Positions 52,166 through 62,723 of a stretch of 64,000 bases of DNA are shown here, one piece after another. Origin of the DNA: Trueperaceae bacterium. Its GTDB lineage: Bacteria; Deinococcota; Deinococci; Deinococcales; Trueperaceae. The position numbers were made by a program, and so were the translations under genes. Within the stretch, counting starts at the first letter, position 1. Each line of letters opens with the position of its first letter. The stretch spans positions 51,854 through 115,853 of the forward strand of contig JAABTL010000004.1 of the NCBI GenBank assembly GCA_011389865.1. The letters are read 5' to 3'. The notes under the pieces were generated by a model that saw only the letters and a list, made by a program, of their open reading frames with translations, made no database searches and was not told the DNA's origin.

Positions 52166-53789
52166 ACCCGAGGGTGGCGCGCGACCCCGTGCCCAGGACC
52201 GTGCCTCGGCCCGGGCCCCGGGGCGCCCCGCGGCACGGGCCGCGGTGGTCGTGGTTCACGGCGTCGGTAGCCAGCCGCCACTGGCGACGCTCGGTCGGCT
52301 GTCCCAGGGCCTGATCGACCACGCGCGCGCGCACGGCGAGCAGCCGGAGGCGCGCGCCGTCCTTCTCCGCGTACGCGGTGAGCCGAGCAGCGTGCTGCGC
52401 CTCAGCGGCGCCCCGAGCCTCGGTGGGTTCGACAGCGTCGACGTGCACGAGCTCGCCTGGCAGGGGCTGGCGCAGGGGAGGGCGCGTCCGCTCGCGGTCC
52501 TGCGCTGGCTGGTGCGGACCGGGTTGGCGCCGCTGCACGTCCGCCGCCACTGGCGGGTGCTGGTGGATGCCGGCGACGACGCCCCCTCGCCGTGGGCGGT
52601 CGTCGGCCGCCAGGCGCTCATCGCGACCGCGCTGGCGTGGCTGGTGGTGGCGCTGCTGGTGGGGGTGCTGGTCGCGCTCCTGCAACTGCCGCGGGCGTGG
52701 CCGCTGCTGGGTGCCGCGCTGGCGGATGCCGCCGCGATCCTCGGCCCGCAGGGCGCGGCCGCCTTGGCGCTGGGCGCGGTGCCGGCGGCCGTGGCCGTCG
52801 CGTCGCTGTGGGGCGTCCTCGCGGACGCCCTCGAGGCCGCCGCGCTGCGCCGCCGTGCGCGCGGCGACGGCTGGGCGGGGAGCTACGCGGGCGTCGCTCG
52901 CCTCTGGGCCTGGCCCGCCGTGGTCATCGCCGCGGTGCTCGGCGCCTTGGCGGCCGTCGGGATGGCGCTCGGTGGCGACGCCTGGCGGGCGCTCGGGGGC
53001 GTCGTCCGCGCGCTGGGCGACGCGCCGTCGCTGGTCGCCGGCGTGCTGGCCGCCGGCGCGTTGGCCGCTCTGGCGCGGACGCTGGCGACGCACGTCGGCG
53101 ACATCGCGCTGTACGTGACGAGCGACACCTCCTCCGCCTTCCACCGCGGCCGGCGGGAGCTGCAGGCAGCGGCGACGGCGTTGGTGACCGAGCTGCTGCG
53201 CCGGGGCGAGGGCGGAGAGGCCAGCCCGGGGATCGGGGCCGACGCGGACGCGTCGGCCGACGCGGATGCGTCGACGGACGCGGACACGGCGTACGACGCC
53301 GTCGTGCTCGTCGGCCACTCGCTGGGCAGCGTGATCGCCCTCGAGGCCCTCGACGGGGTGGCGCGCGAGGCGCGCGTCGAGGGCGACGTGGTGGGCGCGC
53401 GTCGACCGCTGCCGCTGCTCAAGCTGCGCGGCCTGCTGACGTTCGGGTCGCCGCTCGACAAGATCGCCTACTTCTTCCGCGAGCGCGTCCCCGACGGCGA
53501 CGCGGTGCATGCCCAGCTCGTCTCGTTCCGGCACGCCAGCCGCCGCCGGCCCTCCCGGCGCGACGACGGCCCCTACCGGCTGGCGCGTTACGACGTGCCC
53601 TACGGCTGGCTGCGCTGGTTGCACCTGCACGCGCCCGCCGACCCGATCAGCGACCCGCTGGTGTACTACCGCGTCGACGAGCGCCGCCGCCGGCGCTACG
53701 CCTGGCCGTGGACGGCGCACGGCCGCTACTGGGACGACCCCGAGACCTACCGGGCGTTGGCCGACCTGCTGGCGGCGGCGCGACGCTGA
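52128..53789 (+). CDS. membrane-embedded alpha/beta-hydrolase-like protein (HG box and GHSLG nucleophile separated by a polytopic insert)
   Basis: AAVVVVHGVGSQ at residues 39-49. 4-5 TM helices at about residues 160-330. VVLVGHSLGSVIA at about residues 392-404. The GTG 52128 start is uncertain and overlaps the previous gene by 38 nt. Confidence 0.6.
   Translation: MRGSGPRSVAASEPEGGARPRAQDRASARAPGRPAARAAVVVVHGVGSQPPLATLGRLSQGLIDHARAHGEQPEARAVLLRVRGEPSSVLRLSGAPSLGGFDSVDVHELAWQGLAQGRARPLAVLRWLVRTGLAPLHVRRHWRVLVDAGDDAPSPWAVVGRQALIATALAWLVVALLVGVLVALLQLPRAWPLLGAALADAAAILGPQGAAALALGAVPAAVAVASLWGVLADALEAAALRRRARGDGWAGSYAGVARLWAWPAVVIAAVLGALAAVGMALGGDAWRALGGVVRALGDAPSLVAGVLAAGALAALARTLATHVGDIALYVTSDTSSAFHRGRRELQAAATALVTELLRRGEGGEASPGIGADADASADADASTDADTAYDAVVLVGHSLGSVIALEALDGVAREARVEGDVVGARRPLPLLKLRGLLTFGSPLDKIAYFFRERVPDGDAVHAQLVSFRHASRRRPSRRDDGPYRLARYDVPYGWLRWLHLHAPADPISDPLVYYRVDERRRRRYAWPWTAHGRYWDDPETYRALADLLAAARR
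53241..53291 (+). repeat. in-frame 18-bp tandem repeat (DADASA DADAST DADTA) inside the hydrolase gene
   Basis: gacgcggacgcgtcggcc / gacgcggatgcgtcgacg / gacgcggacacggcg. Confidence 0.75.
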
Positions 53790-53859
53790 GGCCAAGGCGT
53801 GTCGCGCCGCCGCACGCCGCCGCGACACGGCCGCGACCTGCGAGGCGGCCGTGCCGGAC

Positions 53860-53865
53860 TATGCT
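53860..53865 (+). promoter_or_regulatory. -10 box TATGCT for trmFO (leaderless)
   Basis: TATGCT, then 6 nt, then ATG 53872. Confidence 0.55.
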
Positions 53866-53871
53866 CCCGCC

Positions 53872-55215
53872 ATGAACACCCTGCGCGAACCGCGCGTGAC
53901 CGTCATCGGCGCCGGCATGGCCGGCAGCGAGGCCGCCCTGGCCGCCGCCCGCCTCGGCGTCCGCGTCGACCTCCACGAGCAGCGGCCGGTACGCATGACC
54001 CCCGCGCACCACGGCGATCGCTTCGCCGAGCTGGTGTGCAGCAACAGCCTCGGGGGCGAGGGCCGCAACAACGCCAAGGGCCTGATGCAGGCCGAGATGC
54101 TGGCCGCCGGTGGCGTCGTGGTCACGAGCGCCCACGCCACCCGCGTGCCGGCCGGCGGGGCGCTGGCGGTCGACCGCGAGGCGTTCTCCGAGCGCGTCAC
54201 CGCCGCGGTGCGGGCGCACCCGGGGATCACCGTCCATGTCGGGGAGGTCACCGAGGTGCCGGACGGCGTCGTGGTGCTGGCGACCGGGCCGCTGACGAGC
54301 GACGCGCTCGCCGAGCACGTGCGCCGCCGCGTGGGGGAGGACTTCCTCGGCTTCTACGACGCCGCCGCGCCGGTGGTCGCCGTCGACTCGATCGACCACG
54401 ACGTCGCCTACCGCAAGGGCCGCTACGGGCAGGAGGCCGACTACCTCAACCTGCCGTTCGACCGAGCCGCGTACGACCGCTGGTACGAGGCGGTCGCTGA
54501 GGCCCGCAGCCACGTCCCGCACGACTGGGAGAAGTTGGAGTTCTTCGAGGGCTGCATGCCCATCGAGGAACTCGCGCGCCGCGGCCGCGACACGCCCCGC
54601 TTCGGTCCGCTCAAGCCGGTCGGCCTCGAGCACCCCGTCACCGGCGAGCGCTTCCACGCGGTGGCGCAGCTGCGGCAGGAGGACGCCGCCGGCCGCATGT
54701 GGAGCCTGGTGGGCTTCCAGACCGGCCTCAAGTGGGGCGACCAGCAGACCGTGGTGCGCACGATCCCCGGCCTGGAGGAGGCCGAGATCGTGCGCTACGG
54801 CGTCATGCATCGCAACACCTACCTGTGCGCGCCGCGCCTGCTCGAGCCGCACCTCGCGCTGCGCGCCGAGCCCGACGTGTTCGTCGCCGGGGTGCTGGCG
54901 GGCACCGAGGGGTACCTCGAGTCGAGCGCCACCGGTTGGCTCGCCGGCACCAACGCCGCCCGCCGGGCGCTCGGCCAGCCGCCGATGGTGCCGCCGGAGG
55001 CGAGCATGCTCGGCGGCCTGGTGCGCTACCTGGCGACCGCCAACCCCGATGGCTTCCAGCCGATGAACGCCAACTGGGGGCTGGTGCCGCTGGTCCCCAA
55101 GACCCGCGGCGGCCCCGGCAAGCGCGAGCGGCGCGAGATCGCCTACCAGAAGGGGCTCGACGCCTTCGTGGTGTGGCTCGAGGAGCTGCGCGTCGCGGGG
55201 CCGGTGCCGGCCTGA
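53872..55215 (+). CDS. trmFO: methylenetetrahydrofolate--tRNA-(uracil54-C5)-methyltransferase TrmFO
   Basis: VTVIGAGMAGSEAA, ELVCSNSLG, MNANWGL. 447 aa. Confidence 0.93.
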   Translation: MNTLREPRVTVIGAGMAGSEAALAAARLGVRVDLHEQRPVRMTPAHHGDRFAELVCSNSLGGEGRNNAKGLMQAEMLAAGGVVVTSAHATRVPAGGALAVDREAFSERVTAAVRAHPGITVHVGEVTEVPDGVVVLATGPLTSDALAEHVRRRVGEDFLGFYDAAAPVVAVDSIDHDVAYRKGRYGQEADYLNLPFDRAAYDRWYEAVAEARSHVPHDWEKLEFFEGCMPIEELARRGRDTPRFGPLKPVGLEHPVTGERFHAVAQLRQEDAAGRMWSLVGFQTGLKWGDQQTVVRTIPGLEEAEIVRYGVMHRNTYLCAPRLLEPHLALRAEPDVFVAGVLAGTEGYLESSATGWLAGTNAARRALGQPPMVPPEASMLGGLVRYLATANPDGFQPMNANWGLVPLVPKTRGGPGKRERREIAYQKGLDAFVVWLEELRVAGPVPA

Positions 55216-55355
55216 CGTGTCGGGGTCGATGACCCCAGGGCCGGCGTCCCTCCCCGCGCCGGGGCCGGTGCCGGTCTGAAGCGCGCCGGGGTCGTTCGCA
55301 GCCACGCGGCCGCCATCCGGCCGTGGGCCGAGGCCGCGGATGGTACACCGGGCGC

Positions 55356-56408
<1,053 letters not shown>

Positions 56409-56410
56409 GC

Positions 56411-57346
56411 GTGGCGGAGGCCGACGCGAAGCGTCCCGCCGGCGGTACCGCCGGCGGGACGGCGCCGCCCGCGGGTCGCGTCGCCCTCCTGGCGCATCCG
56501 GCCGGCCACTCGGTCAGCCCCGCCATGCAGCGCGCCGCGATCGACGCGAGCGGCCTCGACGCGACCTACGACGCCTTCGACGTGCCGCCGGCCGAGCTGG
56601 CGGCGGCCGTCGCTTCCCTGCGCCGCGAGCCGTGGTGGGGCGCGAACGTGACGGTCCCGCACAAGACCGCCGTCGTGCCCTGGATCGACGAGCTCACGCC
56701 GGCGGCGCGGCGGCTGGGCGCGGTCAACACGATCGTGCGGCGCGGGGACCGGCTGATCGGCGACAACACGGACCTCCCCGGCTTCGCCCGCGCGCTGGCC
56801 GACCTGCGCCTCGATCTCGCGGGGGCCCGCGTCGTGGTGATCGGCGCCGGCGGCGCCGCCCGCGCGGTGGTGGCGGCCCTCGCCGATGCCGGGTCGCGGA
56901 TCGCGCTCCACAACCGCAGCGCGGGCCGGGCTCGGGCGCTGGTCGAGGCGCTGGCGCTGCCGGAGGTGGCGCTGCTGCCGGCCGCCGCCCTGGCGGGCGC
57001 GGTCGCCGACTGCGAGCTGCTGGTGCAGACGACCACCGTCGGCATGGACGGCGGTCCGCCGGGCTCGCCCCTCCCGGATGGCCTGCTGCCCGAGCGCGGC
57101 GCCGTGGTCGATCTCGTCTACCGGCCGGCGGTCACGCCGCTGCTGGCGGCGGCGCTGGTGGCTGGGCTACCGGCACAGAACGGCCTGCCGATGTTGGTGT
57201 ACCAGGGCGCGCGGTCGTTCGAGGCGTGGACCGGTGCCGCCGCGCCCGTCGACGCCATGGGCGCCGCCGCCGAGGCGGCGCTGGGCGGGCCGGGGCGCGG
57301 GTGGACCGGCCTGCTGGCGGCCGACGGACGACCGGGGGTAGGCTGA
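56411..57346 (+). CDS. aroE: shikimate dehydrogenase
   Basis: GHSVSPAMQ, NVTVPHK, AVNTIV, GDNTDLPGF, VIGAGGAARA. The N-terminal start is uncertain (GTG 56411 is the first in frame). Confidence 0.88.
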   Translation: MAEADAKRPAGGTAGGTAPPAGRVALLAHPAGHSVSPAMQRAAIDASGLDATYDAFDVPPAELAAAVASLRREPWWGANVTVPHKTAVVPWIDELTPAARRLGAVNTIVRRGDRLIGDNTDLPGFARALADLRLDLAGARVVVIGAGGAARAVVAALADAGSRIALHNRSAGRARALVEALALPEVALLPAAALAGAVADCELLVQTTTVGMDGGPPGSPLPDGLLPERGAVVDLVYRPAVTPLLAAALVAGLPAQNGLPMLVYQGARSFEAWTGAAAPVDAMGAAAEAALGGPGRGWTGLLAADGRPGVG

Positions 57347-57349
57347 GGC

Positions 57350-58234
57350 GTGCGCATCGCCGTCCTGGCCGACGTCCACGGCAATCTGCCCGCGCTCGAG
57401 GCCGTGCTGGCCGATGCCGCCGCGCACGGCGCCGATCGCTACGTCGTCAACGGCGACGCCGTCAACCGCGGCCCCCAGGGCGTCGAGGTGTTGCGGCGGC
57501 TCCAGGATCTGGAGGCGGCGTACACCCTCGGCAACCACGACGACCTGCTGCGCAGGCTCGTCGAGGACGACCCGGCGCTGCCCTTCGACTTCCGGCACGG
57601 CGCCTTCTGGCGCGCCAACCGCTGGTGCGCGGACGACCTCGAGGCCGCCGGCCTGCTCGACACCGTGCGGCGCTGGCCGATGACCGTGCGGATCGAGCTG
57701 CCGAGCGCCCCCAGCCTGCTGATCGCGCACGGCAGCCCGCGCCACTACCGCGAGGGCTACGGCCGGCACCTCAGCGACGCCGTCATCTCCGAGATCGTCG
57801 AGATGCACCCGGCCGACGTGCTGGTCGGCTCGCACACGCACTGGCCGTTGCGGCATCGCTGGGGCCGCTACCAGGTGCTGAACACGGGCGCGGTCGGGGT
57901 GCCGTTCAACGGCGACGGCCGCGCGCAGTACCTGTGGTTGACGCTCGAGGACGGTGCCTGGACCGCCACCTTCCGCCGCGTCGCCTACGACGTCCGCGAG
58001 TCGCTGGCGGCGTACGACGCCCGCGGCTACCTGGAGGCCGGCGGCCTGCTCGCGCGGCTGTTCCGTGACGAGGTGCGCGACGCGCGCTCCTACCTGGTGC
58101 CCTTCCAGATGTGGGCGGAGGCGCAGGGGGCCTCGCTCGACGAGGCGGGCTTCGCCGCCTTCCGGGAGGCAAGGCCCGAGCGCTTCGGACCGCCGCGACC
58201 GTGGCCTACGGTGACCGCCTCCGAGGAGCCGTGA
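57350..58234 (+). CDS. metallophosphoesterase family protein
   Basis: IAVLADVHGN, NGDAVNRG, GNHD, GSHTH motifs. GTG start with TAGGCT 5 nt upstream. Confidence 0.85.
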   Translation: MRIAVLADVHGNLPALEAVLADAAAHGADRYVVNGDAVNRGPQGVEVLRRLQDLEAAYTLGNHDDLLRRLVEDDPALPFDFRHGAFWRANRWCADDLEAAGLLDTVRRWPMTVRIELPSAPSLLIAHGSPRHYREGYGRHLSDAVISEIVEMHPADVLVGSHTHWPLRHRWGRYQVLNTGAVGVPFNGDGRAQYLWLTLEDGAWTATFRRVAYDVRESLAAYDARGYLEAGGLLARLFRDEVRDARSYLVPFQMWAEAQGASLDEAGFAAFREARPERFGPPRPWPTVTASEEP

Positions 58235-58256
58235 GCGCCGTCGCGACGGGCCGGGC

Positions 58257-59753
58257 GTGACGGCGCCCGGCGACGCCGGCCCCTGGGCGCCGGCCCGGCG
58301 CGGCCTGACGATCGGGCTGCTGCTGTCGGTGACGACGCACGCGCTGGCGGCGCTGGCGGTCGTCACGATCGCCCCGCGGATCCCCGCCGAGCTCGGTGGC
58401 CTCGAGCTCTACGGCTGGCTCTTCTCCGGCTACCTGCTGACGTCGCTGCTCGGGACGGTCTGGGGGGGTGGCGAGGCCGACCGCCGTGGGCTGCGCGCCC
58501 CCTTCGCCATCGGCCTCGCGGCCTTCGGCCTGGGGCTGGGCCTGGCGGCGATCGCGCCGTCGATGCTCTGGGTGGTCGGCGCCCGCGCGCTGCAGGGCTT
58601 CGGCGGTGGCGCGGTGACGACGCTCGTCTACGTCGCCGTCACGCGCGCGTACCCCGACCGGCACCGCTCGCGGCTGATGGCGTACCTGTCCACGGCGTGG
58701 GTCACGCCCGCGTTGATCGGCCCGGCCCTGGCGGGCGCGCTCGCCGAGGCCGCCGGCTGGCGCGCCGTCTTCGCCGCCCTGGCGTCCGTGTTGGCGCTGG
58801 TGGCGCTGCTCACGCTGCCGCGGCTGGGGTCGACGGCCGGCGCCGGAGCGCCGCCGGACGCCAGCGCCGGCGTCGGGCGCACGCTCGCGGGTGCGCCGGT
58901 AGCCGCGGGCGCCCGCCGGCGATCCGGCGTGGGCATGGTGCCGGCGCTGGGGGTGGTGGCGGGCCTGGGTACCGTGCTCGCCGCGCTCTCGTGGTGGGCC
59001 GACCGCGGGAGCGCGGCGACGGCCGTGGCGCTGTTGGTCATCGTGGCGGGTCTCGCGGCCGCGGCGAGCGGCCTGCGCCGCTTGCTGCCTGCCGGCACGC
59101 TGCGCCTCGCACCCGGCCTCGGGGCCGTGGTGGTCGCCCGCGCGGGGTTCTTCGCCGGCTTCATCGGCGTCGAGGCCTTCCTCGCGCTGATGCTGACCGA
59201 CCTCCAAGGACTGTCGTCGGCGGCGACCGGAGCGGTCATCGCCACGGGGGCGATCAGCTGGACGGTCGGGTCGTGGTGGCAGGCGCGCCGCGACGCGAGC
59301 GACGAGGGCCGCGGCGCACGCGCTCGCCGGGTGGTGATCGGGGTGACCTTCCTGGGTGTCGGCCTGGCGCTGCAGGGTGTCGCCCTGGCCGGTGTCGGCG
59401 ACGGCGCGGCCTGGGTGACCGCCGTCGCGGTGCTGGGGTGGATGACCGCCGGTTTCGGGATCGGCACCGCCCACGCCACGAGTTCCGTGTTCGCCTTCGC
59501 GATGGCCGAACGCGACGGGGTCGCCCCGGGCCGCGTGTCGGTGGCCTTGCAGCTGGCCGACAACGTCGGTGCGGCGTTCGTGACCGGGCTCGCGGGCGCG
59601 GCGTTGGCGTTCGTCACCGCTACCGTCGGTGGCGCCACGTCGCAGCCGGGCGTGGCGGCCGCGTTCGGCGTCGCGTGGGGCGCCTGGCTGCTCAGCTACG
59701 TGGCGGCGCGTCGGAACGCTCGGTCCACGCCAGCCGCAGCATCGCGATCGTGA
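58257..59753 (+). CDS. MFS transporter
   Basis: 498 aa, about 14 TM helices. ...GEADRRGLR... and ...GARALQGFGGGA... loop motifs. Confidence 0.85.
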   Translation: MTAPGDAGPWAPARRGLTIGLLLSVTTHALAALAVVTIAPRIPAELGGLELYGWLFSGYLLTSLLGTVWGGGEADRRGLRAPFAIGLAAFGLGLGLAAIAPSMLWVVGARALQGFGGGAVTTLVYVAVTRAYPDRHRSRLMAYLSTAWVTPALIGPALAGALAEAAGWRAVFAALASVLALVALLTLPRLGSTAGAGAPPDASAGVGRTLAGAPVAAGARRRSGVGMVPALGVVAGLGTVLAALSWWADRGSAATAVALLVIVAGLAAAASGLRRLLPAGTLRLAPGLGAVVVARAGFFAGFIGVEAFLALMLTDLQGLSSAATGAVIATGAISWTVGSWWQARRDASDEGRGARARRVVIGVTFLGVGLALQGVALAGVGDGAAWVTAVAVLGWMTAGFGIGTAHATSSVFAFAMAERDGVAPGRVSVALQLADNVGAAFVTGLAGAALAFVTATVGGATSQPGVAAAFGVAWGAWLLSYVAARRNARSTPAAASRS

Positions 59754-60126
59754 TGATCAGGAAGGCTAAGGCCGCGAGGAACGGGATGCTGACGAAGCCG
59801 TACCAGTCGATGTACTGCACGGTGCACGGCACGCCCGAAGCGCAAGAGGCCGGCGGCGCCAGCCCGGGCACCTTCTGCAGCAGGTAGTGGTACGTCGCGG
59901 TGCCGAGCCCGATGACGGAGAGCGGCAGGGCGGTGCGCCAGGCCAGCAGGTCCTGCCGGAAGGTCGCGACCCCGAGGACCACGACCAGCGGGTACATGAA
60001 GATGCGCTGCCACCAGCACAGGGCGCAGGGCACGAAGGCACGCACCTCGGAGAAGTACAGCGAGCCGACGGTGGCGGCGATGGACATCAACCACGCCAAG
60101 TACAGCCACACCCCGCGCGCGGCCAT
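59692..60126 (-). CDS. disulfide bond formation protein DsbB/BdbC family
   Basis: 144 aa, 4 TM helices. PCALCWWQRIFMYP (CxxC in the first loop) and a second Cys pair in CASGVPC. Confidence 0.8.
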   Translation of the reverse strand: MAARGVWLYLAWLMSIAATVGSLYFSEVRAFVPCALCWWQRIFMYPLVVVLGVATFRQDLLAWRTALPLSVIGLGTATYHYLLQKVPGLAPPASCASGVPCTVQYIDWYGFVSIPFLAALAFLIITIAMLRLAWTERSDAPPRS

Positions 60127-60131
60127 CGCGG

Positions 60132-60764
60132 TCAGTCGCGCAGCGCGGCGTCCAGGGCGGCGCGGACCGCGGAGGCTGCCGGCGAATCGACCTTCACGCC
60201 GTTCACGATGACCGTGGGGGTCGCGCGCACCTCGAGGCGTACGGCGAGCGACGCGTCGTCGCGCACGGCCTGCAGGCTGCTGGGGTCGGCGAGGCAGGCG
60301 TCGAGGGCGCCGGCGTCGATGCCGGGCGCGTACGTCAGCGCCAGCTCCACGGCGCGTCGGGCGTCACCGAGCTGCTGCTGCGCGCGGTAGAGCGGCGTCT
60401 TCATCTCCCAGAAGGCGTCGTTGCTCTGCTGGAAGACGCACTCGCCGACGCGCGCCACGTGCTCGGAGGCGGTGACGGGCGCCACCACCGGCAGGTTGAA
60501 GTACGCCACCTGCACGCGGCCGTCCTCGACGTAGTCGCGCCGGATGTCGGGCATGACGTTGAGCTCGAAGCTCTGGCAGCCGGGGCAGCGGAAGTCCTCG
60601 AACACCACCATCGTCACCGCCGCGGACGGGCTGCCGAGCAGCGGTTGCCCGGCGAGGTCGATCGACGCGGCCGTCGTCGGCCGCAGCCGGGGAGCGATCA
60701 GCACGCCGGCGACGACGAGGACGGCGAGGATCACGGTGATGAGCGTCAGGCGTTGCGGGTTCAT
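60132..60764 (-). CDS. DsbA/BdbD-family thiol:disulfide oxidoreductase (membrane-anchored)
   Basis: N-terminal TM. VVFEDFRCPGCQ (CPGC active site). ...ATPTVIVNG... (cis-Pro loop). Confidence 0.85.
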   Translation of the reverse strand: MNPQRLTLITVILAVLVVAGVLIAPRLRPTTAASIDLAGQPLLGSPSAAVTMVVFEDFRCPGCQSFELNVMPDIRRDYVEDGRVQVAYFNLPVVAPVTASEHVARVGECVFQQSNDAFWEMKTPLYRAQQQLGDARRAVELALTYAPGIDAGALDACLADPSSLQAVRDDASLAVRLEVRATPTVIVNGVKVDSPAASAVRAALDAALRD

Positions 60765-60834
60765 GCGGCCGATGGTACGACACCGTTGCCCGACCCCAGG
60801 TGGCGTGGGGTCGCCGGGTCGCAGCGCCGCGACC

Positions 60835-61428
60835 TCACCGGTGGTTGTCGATGCCGTGGTAGGCGGCGAGGAAGGCGCGCATGCCCTCGCGATCGACGTC
60901 CTCGAAGCGCTGCAGGCGCTGCCAGGCCGTCAGGGCGTAGGTGGTCGGCATCCCCTCGCGCGGCGCGATCACCACGCGGCCGTACCCGCGGGCCACGTCC
61001 TCGAGGGCGGTGACGTGCGCGGCGTTCTCCTCCGGGGTGCCGAGCGGGTACCACAGGACGACGCCGCCGTCCTCCATGTTGTGCAGCAGGCGCTGGTCGT
61101 GCTGCGCCTCGAGATGGGCGCCCCAGGGGGCGAGCTCGGCGGTGTGCCAGCCGGAGGTCGGCGGGTCGGAGTTGTACGCGGGCGTGTTGGCGCCCAGCGA
61201 CACGTGGAGGTTCCCCTGGCTGCGGAAGCGCTCGCCGGGCAGGCGCGCCTCGGCGACCGCGTTCAGCGTCACCTGCAGCGCCACCAGCGCGACCAGGCCG
61301 GCGATGCCGACGAGCCACGGGCTGGGGAGCCCCTTGCGGCGGCCCCGCTTGGGGGCCGAGCGCATGCGTTCGGCGGCGGTCGGGGTCGACTTCTTCGCGT
61401 TGTTGGAACGTCGCTTGGCTTGGCCCAT
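60835..61428 (-). CDS. DUF3105-like membrane-anchored protein
   Basis: Basic N-terminus plus a TM helix. ...[11 protein letters not shown]...[15 protein letters not shown]... matches my recollection of DUF3105. TAACGT -10 lies 8 nt upstream. Confidence 0.7.
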   Translation of the reverse strand: MGQAKRRSNNAKKSTPTAAERMRSAPKRGRRKGLPSPWLVGIAGLVALVALQVTLNAVAEARLPGERFRSQGNLHVSLGANTPAYNSDPPTSGWHTAELAPWGAHLEAQHDQRLLHNMEDGGVVLWYPLGTPEENAAHVTALEDVARGYGRVVIAPREGMPTTYALTAWQRLQRFEDVDREGMRAFLAAYHGIDNHR

Positions 61429-61478
61429 GGGATCGCACGTTACGGTACCGACGCCGGATCGTCCGTCAAGCTGGGAAC

Positions 61479-61967
61479 GTGAACGTGATCCGGAGAGCGA
61501 CGTCCCCCCAGGTGCCGGTGTCGGCCGATGCGGGCGGCGGTGCGACCGGCGGGCGAGACGACGGGCCAGCCGGCGCGTCGGACCGGCTGCCGGACTGCCC
61601 TGCGACGCCGAACTGCGTCAGCAGCGAGGGGGACCCGCGCGACGCCGTGCACTTCGTCGCCCCGCTCGGGCTTCCCGATGGCATGGCGCCGGAGGCGGCG
61701 ATGGACGCCTTCGAGGCCCTGGTCAGGTCCGCGCCCCGCGGCGAGGTGCTCGAGCGCGCCCCGCTCCGCCTGCGGGCCATCGATCGCACCGCCGTCTTCC
61801 GCTTCGTGGACGACGTCGATGCGCGAATCGACCCCGCGGCGAGGCTGCTGCACGTGCGCTCCGCCTCGCGCGTCGGCCGCGGCGACCTGGGGGCCAACCG
61901 GCGGCGGGTCTCGGCCTGGTTGCGCGAGCTGTCCCAGGCGTGGGGCGTCGCCTGGCCGCCCAGGTAA
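61479..61967 (+). CDS. DUF1499-like protein
   Basis: ...[13 protein letters not shown]... and ...[18 protein letters not shown]... match my recollection of DUF1499 motifs. Confidence 0.7.
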   Translation: MNVIRRATSPQVPVSADAGGGATGGRDDGPAGASDRLPDCPATPNCVSSEGDPRDAVHFVAPLGLPDGMAPEAAMDAFEALVRSAPRGEVLERAPLRLRAIDRTAVFRFVDDVDARIDPAARLLHVRSASRVGRGDLGANRRRVSAWLRELSQAWGVAWPPR

Positions 61968-61995
61968 GCCAGCCCGCCGAACCGGCGGGGCGCGC

Positions 61996-62004
61996 TGCTA
62001 GACT
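61996..62004 (+). promoter_or_regulatory. sodA promoter, extended -10 TGcTAGACT
   Basis: TGCTAGACT lies about 65 nt upstream of ATG 62069. GAGAGAGGTGAG SD in the leader. Confidence 0.5.
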
Positions 62005-62068
62005 GCGGGCGTCCACCACGCCGCCGCAGGCGGCCCCCAGTGACCCGCAGAACGAGAGAGGTGAGACC

Positions 62069-62683
62069 ATGGCCTTCGAACTCCCCGCCCTGCCCTATCC
62101 GGTGAACGCCCTCGAGCCGCACGTCGACGCGCGCACCATGGAGATCCACCACGGCAAGCACCACGCCGCCTACACGAACAACCTCAACGCCGCCCTCGAG
62201 GGTCACCCCGCGCTGCAGGAGCGCTCCATCGAGGAGCTGCTGCGCGGCTTCGATGCGCTTCCCAGCGACGTCCAGACGGCCGTCCGCAACAACGGCGGCG
62301 GCTACGCCAACCACAACCTGTTCTGGGAGGTCATGTCGCCCCAGGGCGGCGGGCGGCCCGGCGGCGAGCTCGCGTCCGCGATCGACGAGGCGTTCGGTTC
62401 GTTCGACGCCTTCCAGGCGAGCTTCTCCGACGCCGCCGCCAAGCGCTTCGGTTCGGGTTGGGCCTGGCTGGTCGTCGACGGCGACGGCGCGCTGCAGGTG
62501 TACTCGACCGCCAACCAGGACTCGCCGTTCATGTCGGGCCACACGCCCATCCTCGGCATCGACGTGTGGGAGCACGCCTATTACCTGAACTACCAGAACC
62601 GCCGGCCGGACTACGTCAAGGCCTTCTGGAACGTCATCGACTGGGGCAAGGTCGCCGAGCTCCATACCGCGGCGAAGGGCTGA
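62069..62683 (+). CDS. sodA: Mn/Fe superoxide dismutase
   Basis: [30 protein letters not shown]...[18 protein letters not shown]. Confidence 0.95.
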   Translation: MAFELPALPYPVNALEPHVDARTMEIHHGKHHAAYTNNLNAALEGHPALQERSIEELLRGFDALPSDVQTAVRNNGGGYANHNLFWEVMSPQGGGRPGGELASAIDEAFGSFDAFQASFSDAAAKRFGSGWAWLVVDGDGALQVYSTANQDSPFMSGHTPILGIDVWEHAYYLNYQNRRPDYVKAFWNVIDWGKVAELHTAAKG

Positions 62684-62723
62684 CCGGGAACGACCGTCTG
62701 ACTGCCCACTCCGCCTAGGCGAG

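Noticed and set aside
59692-59753. The 62-nt convergent overlap of the MFS transporter and dsbB-like genes, considered as a sign of a frameshift or pseudogene.
   Set aside because: Both C-termini read as natural tails after the last TM helix (...SYVAARRNARSTPAAASRS and ...MLRLAWTERSDAPPRS) and neither frame is interrupted. I treat it as a genuine 3' overlap and mention it only under the redox-cluster finding.
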